From Azolla caroliniana (taxonomy: Eukaryota > Plantae > Polypodiophyta): DNA of 64,000 nt. Below are positions 34,902 to 50,037 of the stretch, one piece after another. The stretch is from contig JBHGNT010000015.1 in NCBI GenBank assembly GCA_043228905.1, positions 1,612,001 through 1,676,000 of the forward strand. Direction: 5' to 3'. Both the position numbers and the translations under genes were made by a program. Positions within the stretch are counted from its first letter, which is position 1. Each line of letters starts with the position of its first letter. The notes beneath the pieces are model-generated. The model did not search any database. It worked only from the letters and a program-made list of their open reading frames with translations, and was not told where the DNA came from.

Positions 34902-36916
34902 TCCGGAATGCCCACCTTTTCTCCTGTGGTCTAGTCTAAGTATATAAATATATATATGTGAAGCTTCTCATTTCGGGTTCCATCGTACGCTTGCCCACCC
35001 GTCCTTCCCACATAGTATCGAATTCCATTGCACTTCCTTGCGATCAATTCCATATGCAACTCGGCCCGACCAACGAGAGCCTGGCATATATATATAGATA
35101 TATAATGTTGGTAAACTAAGATATTTTGTGCATGTGAGAGTGAAGGAACAATGGATTCATAATCTAGGATATGTGATATTTGCAAGCGTTTCGTTGTAAA
35201 CTTGATCGCCCTTCACATGTTACTCCTACATTCTTGCATGCATTGATCAACAAATGCCACAATGCCCCAATCATGATAGTTACATTTTGACAAATTTTCT
35301 ATGTGCATTGAATATCGAACATTTTGTTCATGTGAACCAATCTGAAGTTTACCTTTTCACAATATGCCCATCATGTGCAGCATGTGAAGTTAGCAATCGT
35401 GGTGTGAAAGATGGTTGTGGTTCAATGTCCTTATTTGGCCACTCCTTAGTTGAAAGTCATGTGTACTACAAATTTACATCTCTCTCGAAATGATGGAAAG
35501 CTACACGTGCTCGAGTTTTAATTCTCCTGGCAATTCACCATCAAAGTCCATGTTTTTATTGTCTCTCACTTTGGAACAAAAACTCAACACTTCTAGATGG
35601 AGTCCACTAACCCAAGTTAGAATTACACTACAATGACATAAAAAGGTTAACGTAACCACCTGAATAATTAAACCCTTTAACTTGGTCATTACATTCATAC
35701 ATACATATGTATGTGTCTCCACATTTTACCACTACATGCAAGCTTACACCCATTTATACATTTTGTTAATGGTCACTTTTAACTTAAATCACATGGATGC
35801 TTCTTACAACTTGCCCAACTTCATGCCATGTGCCCATAATTATTGTTATCCTTGACAAATAATTCATTGCATGTTACGATTCAATTTGATCAACAAAGGA
35901 TTGGGACACCTATTATCACTTGCATGTATGTAGGTAGGGTGGTCAATGGTACCCCACACAGGATTGGGACATAATATTTTTCTTAATGAACTTTGATTCA
36001 TAAACATTCACAAGGAAGGTATAATCTATGAATTCCATGATAATAAATAAAGTAAATGACAAAGTTTGATTACAACATTAAGGTTCCTTCTCTTAAGAAA
36101 ACCCTAGCAATGAGGTTTTGAGATTGTAAATATATGAATACTTGTGCAAGTTAGAGTATATTAATTTACCATGCATGGGCAGGTACACTTTGTGGCTGGT
36201 TGGTTCCCCCCTCATCTTATTTATGGTCCATTCAAATATTGTTCAATAGAATTTGAAAACATGTTTATTTCCAATGTATTTGCATATATAAGAAGCTCCA
36301 AAGACTATTTATCAATGACACCTTTTATTCAATATACCTTTACATAGTCTTTATGCATTACCCATTTAATGATCCAGATTGGGGGTTGGTTGAAGACACA
36401 TACCCTTCAAATTACATGGACACCTTGTTAGTCCAAACCCATCATGAATGTAAGTTATAAAACACCATCTCCTATCATGCACCATTGTTAAAACACCACT
36501 CCATATTTTCAATTGTGGTGCTCAAAGTTGGATACGTATGAACTACACGCATCAAAGCTTAATTAAAAGGTAAGATTAAGGTATAAATACTCAATAGCCC
36601 ATATACAGATATTTGAAATATATATATATATTATTGTCAAGGATCCATGTTTATCAAATTCGTTTCCAGTAGTGACAAAAGTCACATCATATTATGGCAT
36701 CTTCATGGATACATGGTCATAATAAACATTCGGCATGCATAAAATCATTACATAATACAACCCAGTCATCATCAAGACAATCATTATTATATAGTTATAA
36801 CAAGTTAGCATACGTACACAATTAGGTGAATTTGACTTAAGACCATACATACATCATCATCGAGTTAGGTGAATTTGATTTAAGAGTGAATTCACAACAA
36901 ACACAAGCCCTATAAT

Positions 36917-37289
36917 GCTAATAATGATACTTAGTCAAACAAATTTTTAGCAAGAGTTATGACACTAGGTTTTGAGCAAAATCCTAGCCTATTTTGTTAA
37001 GAGCAACCAAGAAGAAGCTTGGTGAGTAAAAATCCACTCAAACTGTACAAAATATGAACTCCATAAAAACCCCATGATAGATACATTCAAGCATGTCACT
37101 CCTGCTAATAATGATGCTTAGTCAAACAAATTTTTAGCAGAGTTATGACACTAGGTTTTGAGCAAAATCCTAGCCTATTTTGTTAAGAGCAACCAAGAAG
37201 AAGCTTGGTGAGTAAAAATCCACTCAAACCGTACAAAATATGAACTCCATAAAAACCCCATGATAGATACATTCAAGCATGTCACTCCT
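36917..37289. repeat. Near-perfect ~186-bp tandem duplication
   Basis: TGCTAATAATGAT...GCATGTCACTCC starts at 36917 and again at 37103. Confidence 0.93.
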
Positions 37290-37462
37290 GTTTGAGAAGA
37301 TCAAACCAGATCATACACATCAAAACATGACTTGTAAAATACAACTGAAGTTCTGTATAAACCCATCATGGATGTGGCTGGACTGAGGACCACAATTCCT
37401 TTAAGTGGATGTCACTCTCCTATAATGTAGCAAAGCCAGCAGAAAACAGAAAGCAAGACGAA

Positions 37463-37910
37463 TCCTACTCAATCAAGTGTGAAATGTCTGTCATTCTTCA
37501 GAAGCATGTTACATACTGATTATGTCAACAAAGCTCAAAAGCAACATGATTTGACATAGAGCATCAATATCCATGCAATAAATATACATCACCAATACAT
37601 ATACATGAAAAAGGAGAATTCATATTTTCACACGCAGACTCCTACTCAATCAAAGCATGAAACATTTCATTCTCCAGAAACATGTTACTTATGTCAGCAG
37701 TGCTGAAAAGTACGATGATTTCAACATACAACATCAATATCCACGCAACACATCATACAAGTAAATGACATGAAAAAGGCAAATTCATATTCCCATATAT
37801 TTGAGCAGCAAAACACATTCAATATCCACGCAACACATCATACAAGTACATGACATGAAAAAGGCAAATTCATATTCCCATATATTTGAGCAGCAAAACG
37901 CATTCACACA
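37463..37910. repeat. Nested duplications downstream of the DUF789 gene
   Basis: CCTACTCAATCAA...CATGTTAC occurs twice ~177 bp apart. CAATATCCACGCAACACATCATACAAGTA...GAGCAGCAAAAC occurs twice ~85 bp apart. Confidence 0.8.
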
Positions 37911-38262
37911 TAATGACCATGTATTCCATTTGTTGTGTGCAGTCTTTAACTTTACAGAAAGGTTAAAACTCAGTGCTTTGGGATTGATGTTATGCATGCC
38001 ACATCCAGTAGACACGAAAATTAAACCATGTGTCTGAATATGGCATCAGTACTAAATTAGACTTACCTGTTAGATGATAAATACAGAAAGATGTTAAACA
38101 AAAATCATCTTTCAGCTTCACAGAAAGGTACTCCATTCCCTGGAAGTATCACCTTCTTACCTCTTCATCCATATAATGGATAACATTTTTGGCAACAATG
38201 TTAGTACAACCCCGTTTTGAGGAAAGAATGGATGAACCATAATATAATATGTACATTTCTTA

Positions 38263-41200
38263 TCACTTTCTACGGTTTTGGAAAAAGTTGTAATCCAAAT
38301 GCTTAAAGCCAGAGAACTGATCAGTGCAGCCTCTTGCCATGGAAACAGCCGCTGCATCAAGTTTAGTTAGATGATCTTGAAGCACTTCAGCTGGATCGGC
38401 ATCAAAGGTTCTTGATGTATCATGTTTTGAGCTGGAACATGAAGTCAAAGAAAACCAATCCTTTACCTAGAAAAGAAAATTGCAATGAATGAGAGGATGA
38501 AATCGCCCCACGTACAATGTCACTGAACCTTAAGATGGAAACTTCCAGACACTGACCTGCACATTGTAACTCATGAAACCAACCACGGGTATGGTGACTG
38601 TGTTATTCTCAGAAAACTGGCTGCTATTAGTTGGCCGGGACCATTGCAAAGAGCTCAATGAATGGTAAGTCAAAAAGGTAGAACGGAAAGTTCCATCAGG
38701 TATTCTGTAGATTGGATACCAGGCCACTGCAAACCTGCGAAAGAATGAGACATATTGTTCTCATAATTGTTAGCTTTAAAAAGATAGAAAAAGTGGAGAG
38801 GGCATCAAATACTGACCAAGAAGAAGGATGCAGCTCTCCTATCTTTACACTAGTCAACATATATGCATCACCATCACTAGATACTCCTGCCAGTTGCACA
38901 ATCCTGTCAAAGGGGACAATAACCTTTATTTCTCGAATAGTTTTTGTCAACCCAAGAAGACACTTGACAATTTTGTGGCTTACTTCTCAGCAAGGGGCCT
39001 TCGCTGTGGGGGTGATTCTCCCTCATAAAACTCATACAAGAGTTCTACATCACAATCACAGTGCCTTAATCCATTAGTAGTAGAGCCAAACTTTGCATTT
39101 TCAATGTCACCTGGATCATTCTGGTTTAGCATGTTGATACCTATGGCATTATTAGTCGTAGGATTCGGAAGGAGTACAGCAAGAATGGGTTGACTGAGGG
39201 AACTACAATTTAATGGATCAACTGCATTCTGATCTCTATCAGTATCCTCATAGTTAGTCTTGCTTTTATTCTTCCAGCCAAAGAGTTGTATCCCTGACAA
39301 GAATGGAACAAAAAATGCCTGGTATTCCCTATTTACGTTATCTCTGGCAGGAAAGCTTTTACATTCTGTTAGTTTTACTTTCACTCCAAAACAACTTGGC
39401 TCCTCATACCACTCCCAAAGAGCATTTAATGGCACATTTGCCAGTTGCTGCAAACATATGTTCTTACAAGAACTAGCAGCTGCATTCCTATAAGAACACC
39501 CTGTTGACTCATCATGTTGACTACTCGATTCAGGAATTCTGAGAACTGGAGCCACAGCATTTGCAAATTTTTCGAATTCACATAGAGGATTACCTAGCCC
39601 TCTTGACACTTGTTCATAGACTGCTCTGCTTTCACATGAGGCCTGAACAGCATCCACTATGTTGCACACATGATCAATCACTTGGGATCTCACAGGCTCA
39701 AATCCACTTAATCCAGTAGCATCTCTGGCCTCATACCCACCATCACAATTGTTAATAGCACCATTACTTGTCAAAATGGTTGATGGACTTTCTTTACAGT
39801 CAATAGGCACAACAGTTTCTTCAGTCAGATTCTCGCCTATGTCTTGATAGATACAAGCACCTCTATTCTGATCAGCATCACTCAAAATAAGAGATGCACC
39901 CAAGTTCATATCCGTTTCGGCACTACGGATACTTGGGGCTACTGAACTGCTGGGAACTGCTTGATTTAATGCTACATTAGCACAGTTTTCATTGGTTACA
40001 TTCTCAAGAATGTGTTCTTTTGTATTCTGCAGAGGAGTTTCATGTGCAGGCATCGGGGGAAGTTCTATGCTACTACAAACTGCTTTTGTTACATCTTCAG
40101 GTAAGCATTTTCTTGAATTTCGGAAAGGAATTTCATAACTTTTCCCTCTGTTCTGTCTCTGACCATTAGGGCTTCCTTTTTGTCCTTGAGGGATGGATTC
40201 CTCAGCATCTACATAGGTCTCCCAACTATGGCCAAACCCCCTATTCATGCCATTTTGTCTAAGATCTGGATGTTGTTCCCATGGGGACATATTCTTCACT
40301 TGGCGAGAGGAAGGCATGGTTCCCCGATCTGTCAGCCACTCATCTCGTCTTGAAAGTGAGGGCTTTGACCAAGGATGGGCAGTTCGGTGTGGATCTGCTG
40401 CTTGGTGCCTCCAGAATGGGAGAGATGACCTTGATTCTCCAAGTGTACCCCCATTAAAAGAACGTTGGTTCACCCTATTTCTATAAGAGGAAGACTCTGC
40501 CACCTCCGATGGTCTACGGGTCCAAAAACCATCCCTATTTGATTTCATGCGGTTATCTATGAGGTCTCTTCTTTCAAATTCAGGTTTGACATTGTTTATC
40601 ACACGATCTGTGTGCGATTCTCTGGGTAAGGTGTCATGAAACCCAAATCTGGCCTTACTCTGAGCGACTTCTCTGATCTTGAGATGACCATTCAGTGAAT
40701 TCCTGTAAGCAACCAACTCACCAACATCTAATTCAGACTCTGGTTTCCTCGAAGAAAAGGGTGTCTCTTTATTATTCGCACCTTCATTTGTATTTTTGCT
40801 ATGATGAACAAACTTTGCTCCAATAATTGCAGCTTCACCACATCCTGATTCTAAAACTTGTTGCTTTCCGCTCTTAATTTCAGACTGTCCTCTACTTGAA
40901 TATGAAAATTTGCCATCATGTCCTGGTTCTAGTTTATGTATGCTGGATCCCAATGATGGAGACAGATCTGGTTCCCCATCTATGTTTCTGAGCCGATCAA
41001 ATGGAACCGAAATTTGCCTATGTGATCCAACTGTGGCATCTGATTCATTAAAGTTTTGGCAGTCAATACCCCTATTATTTGTATCATTAACAAAAACATG
41101 TTCACCTTGATTTGGCCGAAGGTGATTAGATTTAAGCTGCTTTGATCCAGAAAGCTCATTTTTCTCACCAGATGAAGGGAGCTTCGAACCTGAGTCTGTG

Positions 41201-43669
41201 TTTCTATATGTATCCAAAGAGCTGTTAACCAGGCATGTATTCTTTGCATCACTTTTTGATTGCTTTTTTGCCTTCGTCTTCTTCTTCTTCCTTTTAGAAG
41301 ACTTTCCAACAGAAGCCTCAGTGGCATCAGCTTTCTGAGCACAATTTTCTGCAGTGCTCAATTTCCCCTCTGTTTGAGAAGTAGATGGAAGAGCTATGGC
41401 ACTTGATGAAGATTCTCTAATCATATTCTTTTGACCACAGCTTGAAAGCTGCATTAAAGCTTCTTGCTCTTGGATAGGTTTTGCTCCATATAAAGGTATA
41501 ATGATAGGTGGGATCACAATGCATCTAGTATGAGCCACATATGAGTCATCGATCCATCATTGAAAAAGTATTACTTATTTTGGTCACAGCCACTTACCTA
41601 AGTTGATGATAACCCCTTGAAATAAAAGCTGTGATTTCACAATCCTATCCAATAGTAGCAAGATAGAGTCAGATGTGTTCCCTCATTCGTGTCTATGTAA
41701 AATAGTAACCAGAAATCTGTGACGCTACAAAGTTTATTCAGGTATAGCTGTAAAATTGCAGGAAACTTACCTTGTGAAAGTGCAAAATGTGGTGTTCAAT
41801 GGAATAAACTTTAATCTGGACCCTTCAATCTTTAAGCACAAGGATCTTGATAACACTGTTTCAGCTTCAGGGTATTGGATCTGTTAGTTCCAATATCTCT
41901 ATACTTAGCCCTTGTAACAAAAACATAAATTCTTACATTGTTGTTTCTCGATGACAGATCCAGTTACTGTTTGTTCAGCTATCACCAAATTTAAGGATTA
42001 GAATGAAGACAATTATGAATATAACAAGATAGACATTACATTTTCAAGGGTATTTTCTTACCACCAAGGTGCTCCAAGTCAGCTGCTGTTCTACACTGCA
42101 GAGAGGAAACTATACGATCACCTTCCTTCAAAACCTGCTCAAGGATGCCAAACATATGATCACCCTCCTGGAAATAAATGTGTTAGAAAACCCGCTCACA
42201 GGAATTTCATAAATGACATACATTATCACTCTCATAAGGTAGCGTGGGTAGTAGCACAAGATTGCATGCCATAATTCATTGTCATAACATATCCATACAA
42301 GCAAATATCATACTGATTCTCTCCTATTTCATTCAATTATATTCCACCACATTGTGTCATGATCACGATTCCCATGATCAGTATTGCTCTCGTAAGGTAG
42401 CACAGCTATTGACTGAAGATTGTATGTCATGACTCATTATCATAACATATCCATACAGGCAATTACAATTCACCACATTGTGTCATGATCACAATAATCC
42501 ATGATCAACAAGATCTATTTCTTTCTGGCACTTCATGCTAGAAAAATATTCAATGCAAAAATATTGAACCATGCACTGATATTCCAACAGAATGGTGTAA
42601 TGAAAGGATAATCTTTTACCACAACAAATGGTGAAAGGACATATAACCTAAATAAAATTCCTGGCAGGCAAAAAGAATACACTTTGAATTAAAAGAGGTG
42701 AAAATTTTAACCCAAACAGAAGACGATGAGAAAGTAAAAAGGAAAGCATAAATACAAACAGAGAAAAACTACAAGGTAAACAAACTCTAACTTCTGTAAA
42801 TCCATTCAGTAATTTGAAACACATGGACATGTAAATATGAATATATGTCAGGATATAAGCTAAGCCAGAACGCTACTTGCCAAAGGGTAAAACAGTTATC
42901 CAGGTATATCCTTCAAGTGTAACTAGACTTTATGCTTTGAGGAATATGAAAAATAGATATGCGTTTTCAATACATGACAGATCATGATTCACATTCCAAA
43001 CTTGTGCATGCAAATATAAATTATTAGACCAACTGATTTTCCAGAGGGGGATTTGTGGGCCAAATGATCTAAGAGTGATCCCTTTAGGATATCAGATGTG
43101 GCCACATGTAATGTCATGCTATAGCACTTACTGAAATAGAATATGTCACACTCACTTCTCTAACTAGTGAAATAAGAAAATACCTAGGAGATCAAAACAG
43201 AGCAGCATTGCTTCTTTAGGGCGATCCTAAAAAAAACTTCTAACATTAAATGTGGCCACTTAATGATAACTCTTCATGCGCATACTCTCATTATTGAGAT
43301 AACGATATGCCACAGCCATCCCCTCCTAATTGAGACAAAGATAATCCATAACTCATCCTCTCATTATTGAGATAAGGACATATATCATAGTGATCCCCTC
43401 ATTGTAGAGATAAGAAAATGGCATACTTTGAGGGCTCAAAATGACACCATTCACTGTAAGGTCAATGCTAAAATAAACTTATGATACTGAAAGCGGCCAA
43501 CCATGAACCATGCCCAATGCATGTACATAAGAATATAGCATACATACTCATCCTCCCGATATGACATACAGAACGTGTGTGTGAAGAATGATGGAAGTAC
43601 CTTAGATAACGATAATTCAGATGACTGCCTCAAACTTCTTCTGGTGCGTCCAGCTCCTCCTAACCCCAT
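38263..43669 (-). CDS. DUF789-family plant protein (long form); large exon ~41526-38985, 3' exons to the stop at 38263; 5' exon phasing uncertain
   Basis: C-terminal DUF789 motifs LWEWYEEPSCFGVKV, AFFVPFLSGIQLF, LLYEFYEGESPPQRRPL, ELHPSSW, AWYPIYRIPDGTFRSTFLTYHSL, PVVGFMSYN and HLDYNFF. A putative first exon MGLGGAGRTRRS...K lies at 43669-43601. Confidence 0.88.
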
Positions 43670-44374
43670 CACACCATCCTCAACACCTTGAAAGGCGCCA
43701 GCAGAGAATCTAGCAGAACGCAGCAACCTTGGATCTTTCCAGATGAAATCTGATAGATAAAGCTTCTTCTTCCCGTTTTTTTTTCCCTTTTTCCCTTTTT
43801 CCTCTTCTACTTCTGTTGCGGTTCTCGATATTTCAGCGAAGTGATCAATAGAAGAGAAACAAATCAAAAGTCTCGTTTTGCTCGCAGAGGCCTGCGGGAG
43901 AACCCTAACGAGTGCAGCCAAGAGAAGAAACAACAAATAAACGCTTCGACGAGATGGAAATGGGACACACAGAGAGAGAGAGAGATGCAGGGAATTCTCG
44001 ACACAAAACCTACACACAGGCGAGGCTGCGGAAACCTGAACTCATGGTTGAGAGAAAGAGAGGAAGAGAAGAAGCAGGGAATTTCATTTGCATAAGCCGG
44101 CAGTGCAGGCGAGTCAGCGGAAACCCTAAATTGGAGGTTAGAAGGAAGGAATGAAGAGAAAGGAAGAGGATGAGAGATCTATGTGGATCGATATGCTGCA
44201 CAGAGAAACAGACAGAGACAGAGAGACAGAGAGGCTCTGCTTTTTGTTTTGCTTTTTTCTTCAGAGAAAGAAAAAGCCCTCCCGAGTCCCCCCACCTTCT
44301 TCTCCAACCAAAAAACTGCAACTAGATTTAGTGGAAGTCCGAAGAACTACTGAACTATCCTCCATAGTACATAC

Positions 44375-44659
44375 TATGTATGTATGTATGTACGTACGTA
44401 CGTACGTACGTATGTGTGTATGTGTATGTATGCATGCATATGTGTATGTATATATGTATGTATGTATGTACGTACGTACGTACGTACGTATGTGTGTATG
44501 TGTATGTATGCATGCATATGTGTATGTATATATGTATGTATGTATGTATGTATGTGTATGCATGCATGCATATGTGTATGTATATATGTATGTATGTTTG
44601 TATGTGTGTATGTATGCATGTGTGTATGTATATATGTTTACTCCATAGTATGTATGTAC

Positions 44660-44690
<31 letters not shown>

Positions 44691-45260
44691 TGTATGTATG
44701 TGTGTATGTATGTATGTATGTATGTATGTGTGTGTGTGTGTGTGTGTAAGTATGTATGTATGCATGTGTATGTATATATGTTTACTCCGTAGTATGTATG
44801 TACGTGTGTGTGTGTATGTGTGTATGTGTGTATGTATATATGTTTACTCTATAGTATGTATGTATGTATGCATGTGTGTATGTATCTATGTGCGTGCGTG
44901 TGTGTATGTATGTATGCATGCATATTTGTATGTATGTGTGTGTGTGTGTGTGTGTATGCATGTGTGTGTGTGTGTATGCATGCATGCATTGACTTTGTTA
45001 TTCACACTAGCGGTGTATGTGTATGTGTATGTATGTATGTGTGTGTGTGTGTGTGTGTGTATGTGTGTATGTGTGTGTGTGTATGCATGCATTGACTTTG
45101 TTATTCACACTAGCGGTGTATGTGTATGTGTATGTATGCATACGTGTATGTATGTATGTATGTATGTATGTATGTATGTATGTGTGTGTGTGTGTATGTA
45201 TGTGTGTGTGTGTGTGTATGTATGCGTGCATATGTGTATGTGTGTATGTGTGTATGTATG

Positions 45261-45301
<41 letters not shown>

Positions 45302-45345
45302 ATGCATGTGTGCATGTCTATGTAGAGTATGTGTAGTGTGTGTAG
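44375..45345. repeat. Compound (TATG)/(TG)/(TACG) microsatellite with embedded unique motifs
   Basis: Directly visible; it is the source of the spurious MYVC/HTYI ORFs. Confidence 0.97.
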
Positions 45346-46485
45346 GGGGGGGGTGTGTTTGCACCCTGTATGTATGTGCACCTATGTGCCCATGCGCTTC
45401 GTTTAAGACTTGGTTTGCCGAAACCTAGTTTGTCACATGAACATTATACATACAATGTTAACCATATCAAACTATGGGATCTCTTTGCTATATCGATTGA
45501 AAATTCTAATCTTGACCCTTTGTTATACCATTATGCAGTCGTAACTACATTGATTCACAATGTCCTTTTTTTTATCAAGCATTATTTGTCTATCTAAGAA
45601 AAGATGGATAAGGGGGAGGACTTTGTGCCCATTTTAAATGGTTGAATATTCCCTATTCTTCCTCCATCAAGTTCATTCATATTCACTCACTCAAGCATGA
45701 TTTATTCGAGAGCATTGACTTTGTTATTCACACTAGCGATGCAATGATCGTTAATGGGAATGAGAAGTTTGCTAGGACAACCATGGCTAGCCCCTTTCTT
45801 TTAGGGTGTGTCAATGGCTTTAGGAGGATACACACTAATTAATCCCAATCACAACATTTGGATTTTGTATTAGCTTCATCTTCCAAACCACATGTATTTA
45901 ATTGAGTCTCATATCAAAGCCACTAACCACAAATTTCTAGTTTTCTACGTTGACGCATTCTCAACTTACATGATATTGAAAGTAAATGAGCCTCATTTTC
46001 TAACTTTTGCTTGTATACTAGGGATCCACAACAGTTCGGTTTAGGCTTAACCGGTTTGGTCTTATCCAAGCCAAACCGGTTAAGCCTAAACGGTTTTGGG
46101 GTTCTGAAACTTGAACAAAACCAATCCCTAAACTGGTTTGCGAACCAGTTTGGGACAAACTACAAGACTATTACAACTAATATGCAACTTCATAACACAA
46201 TTCCATTACAATTTAGCACTGAACAACCCCCCTTCGATATGCTCCAAATGTAGAATGGTTACAAGTCTTAGAGAAAAACAGCGACAAAACATAAAATGAG
46301 AAATACAAGGCAAATATAGCTCCAACTTAGCGAAAAACAACGAGAAAACATAAAATGACAAATACAAAACAGACCTCTCTTAGTCCATGAACAAGGAGAA
46401 AACATGAAAGGAGAAAAATGTGAATGTTAACTATTCCAAAAGTTGACTATCATCAATTGTCCAAGTTGTTGTATTGCGAAAAATT

Positions 46486-48667
46486 TCACTTGTCCAAGTA
46501 CAAGTATTCAATAACATCATCATCTGCCATCATCTCTTGTAAATTGATATCTAAACTATTATATGCATCATTAATATCTTCCGGAACCGGAATGTTTACA
46601 CTATCAAGTAGATCTACCCAAGATCGTATGCACATCTCTGCCTTCAAAGTGCATGAATGCAACCGTTGCCTATCCTCAAAGTTATCATGAGCTTCAGAGT
46701 TCGATGAAGCTGGAATTGCCAAATAATCGCATGCCATTTTGTACATCCTTGGAAAAAAGTATCTGTTTTAAATAATCAAAAAAGATAATATCAAAATTTG
46801 TTCATTAATTATCAACAACAACAAATTTGTTTAATACAACATGATGCAAAATAGCTCGAAACCTGTTGGTACACCACCAATGTAGAGGGTCTACGGTAGT
46901 CTTCGCTTGTGGAAGCTTCAAGAAATCTTCAATTTCTGACCGCGCTGATGATTCATGAGATTTCTCATTGCTGATACCCCAAAATTCCAAAAAATTAAAC
47001 TGAGATCCTTCACATGCATCCTTGGATAGAGAATCTTCGACATTAGGATCGTGATATTGGGTTGTTAATACACTTTGCACCAATTCTATATCGAGGTCTC
47101 TCTCAATTGGATTGGCTGGTTTTGGAACTCTACATCCAAATAGAAGACTTGTTTTGTGAGAAAGAAATATTAAGAAAAGGAAATTTTCAATTAAAAAACA
47201 TTACCTCGGGTCAACAAACATTGCGATTCGAGATGGAATGGATTTCAGAGATTCTTGGTACTTGATTAGATATTGCAAGCATTTGGTACTAGCCTCCTGT
47301 TGCATTTGAAGAGTAATCTTCTCGGAGGGTGAATCAACCAAGTCCATATCCATAGAAATATATTTATTACAATGTGCTAATAAGTTGTTGAATGCAAGCG
47401 TTGCTATTGAGAGGGTAGGATACTTTGACCCACACAAGTAATTACAAATTTTAGCAGGCACAAGCAACCATTGTTCCATACTTTGTATGTGACTCCAATC
47501 TTCTATGGAGAGTGTATGGTCAACAAATTCATCAGCAATCGCCTTGTCACTTGTGGTACAAATCAAGACATCTCTTAACTTTAGAGATTGTTGATACATT
47601 ATTAGAGTTGAATTCCATCTAGTAATGCAATCTACACATGGTGGTTCTTGTTCCCCATTCTCATGCATGGTTTTTGAATATTTTTTAAATATAGCTCTAC
47701 TCATTTTACTTGTGCGTATAGAATGTAATGTCTTCCGTAACTTCATAGTAGAAGAACTAATGACTTCTAGTGCTGCCTTTACACCAAGCTGATATGTATG
47801 CACCATGCATCTTAACATATGTGATGATTGTAAAATGTCTTCTCCATGATGACTAAGTAATAGCCTAGCTAATTCTTTTGATGCAACTAGAGATTCACTA
47901 GCACCATCAGAAGTTGTAGATAGAAGACGTGAAGAGATACTAAATGATTTTAGACGCAAGAATAAAGCCTTCCCGACACGTTTTCCTACCCCATCTCCCG
48001 GAAAGACATCTAGAATGTCTAAAAGCACACTAGTTGGCTTACTAGACTCCAAATAGACCCAATGTAAAGTCACGGGATAAAATCCTTTCAAACTATTATT
48101 TGTCCACCCATCAAATGTTATCGCATATCTAAAGCTTTGTGAGGACAAATAAGTAATAACTAAATGGCGAAGAACAACATACATTTGCAACACTAATCTT
48201 TTAAATGTACAAGCTGATTTAAGTTGATAATTGGGCAAGACTTCATGCATTAATCTTTTAAAACTAGAAGACTCAATATGTGTATGAGGCAGCATTGATG
48301 AAACTATATATCTAGCAATAATACTATCAAATTTCTTCTCTAAAGTACGAGACATACGAAAGGTAGATGTAGTCGAATCTATTTCAGTTTGGACAAGAAC
48401 ATTGTTAGAAGTGTGTGGTTGTGATGTGCTATTAATATTATGCTTATCTAATAAATTCTTGGCAGTAGAACCTGTAGATGTAGGGCTTGACCATAACAAG
48501 TGACAATAAGCACATCGACATTTAGATGCATCTCCGTCCTTAATGGAGAGCATGTGTTGCTCGATCCATGAACTTCTTTTTCTTGCCTTTGTTTTGAATC
48601 TGGGGACTGATTCTGATGTCGCCTCTGTGGGCGAAGATAAAAGAGTTGTAGCTTGATTACCTTCCAT
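46486..48667 (-). CDS. hAT transposase, 3 exons (48667-47205, 47129-46863, 46762-46486), open but with lesions
   Basis: BED-like CRCAYC, ITFDGWT, TTSDGAS, RCMVH, CITRWNST, YPTLS, FVDPR, DPLHWW and hATC-like DYLAIPASS. The GT-AG introns keep the frame. Confidence 0.85.
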
Positions 48668-50037
48668 GTAAATGTATGTACCTATAACCAAAATAAAAAC
48701 CTTCGAATAAATAGTGTGCAATAACAATGAAAGCAATAATAAATGTATGCACCCATAACCAAAATGTATGTATCTATAACCAACATGCTTCATGTGGAAT
48801 AAAAAAGAGAGGAAAAGATGTGAAAGCAAAAGAAGTCCATGATGAGATTATGCACAAAGTCCATTTACATTGTAGGTGGAACATTTGGGGTGGGGTCAAC
48901 CAATACAACTTTGGATATTTAGAAACTTCTCTAAACTAATATTGATCTGCTCATCTAATGAATGGATTTTTCATTTGTTTCGAGAAAAAAAGGTTGGAAA
49001 AAGGCAGAGGCAGAAGCAATGATATTGAGACAGCAGTTAGATTTCACAATATAGCAGAAGATAAGAGTTTCACATCTTGATGGATCATTGCAATAGAGTA
49101 AAAAACAGATTCAGCAGGTGAGAAAGGAACAAGAAGGAAACATTCACAATGCCATTGTTGCAAGTAGATGATTTCTTAAGGAACAGACTAGGTTATTGGC
49201 TCAATATTTTGCACGATAGCACCAAAGTCATAAAAATGACAGAACCAATGGAACTCACGGCAGGGGTGGGCTTGGAATGAGGCCACAGATCATATTCTTG
49301 TATCATGGTTGTGTTTCCCATAGAACATTAGGAACATACATACATACATAACATGACATAAAATAACATATATGTGTATGTATGCCGTTTGGTCTTCATG
49401 CATTTTTCTTCGAAATGCAAATTAATAGTCAATCCTCTTAGTCTTTATCATTTCCTCATCCTCCCACAAATCAATCCAATATGTTAGGTATGGAAAATGA
49501 ATCTGATGTAGAACATAAAAGATCAGGAAAATGATTGTATTAAGGAAGATGAAGAAAACAGAAAAGAGAGTATGCTATGCTCATATGATGATTTGTTCTC
49601 TGGGGTTCTCCCCTTGGATAATAATTGTATACAATAAAAAACCTCCAATAATTCAACCCAAGAAGCAACAATTGCACTATATGATTAGAGAAGAGGAAAA
49701 GTATACATATTTCACATTCTTGGCTCTCAAGAAGTGTTTGCTTTGAGACGCAAGCTGGGTGGGAGAAATTGCTCGACACTAAGCTTGGCATGTCATGGGC
49801 GTGCTACATAGGCCCAATTTTTGGCCAGATAAATTGGGGGGAACTATCAGTGGCTAGCATCTAAGAATATCATCACAGGAAGAGATCAATGGCCATCACC
49901 AAAGAACTTTAAAGGTTAAGAGAGCTGAAGAGTACATTTCCTGTTTCCAACATCAAAATGTTTCAGCTCAAGAAAGGCTGCAGAAGTTTGGAGCACAATT
50001 GGATATGATCTTTTCCAAGAACCAAGATCAAGGAGGT

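Noticed and set aside
43451-44017. 188-aa ORF upstream of the DUF789 gene
   Set aside because: Mostly low-complexity 5'UTR plus read-through into an intron; only 43669-43601 looks like a coding exon.
44151-45428. ORFs up to 318 aa rich in V/C/M/Y or H/T
   Set aside because: Microsatellite artefacts.
48668-48829. N-terminal extension of the 542-aa hAT ORF
   Set aside because: It starts at a non-ATG codon in T-rich intron-like sequence; the ATG at 48667 (MEGNQ) is the more plausible start.
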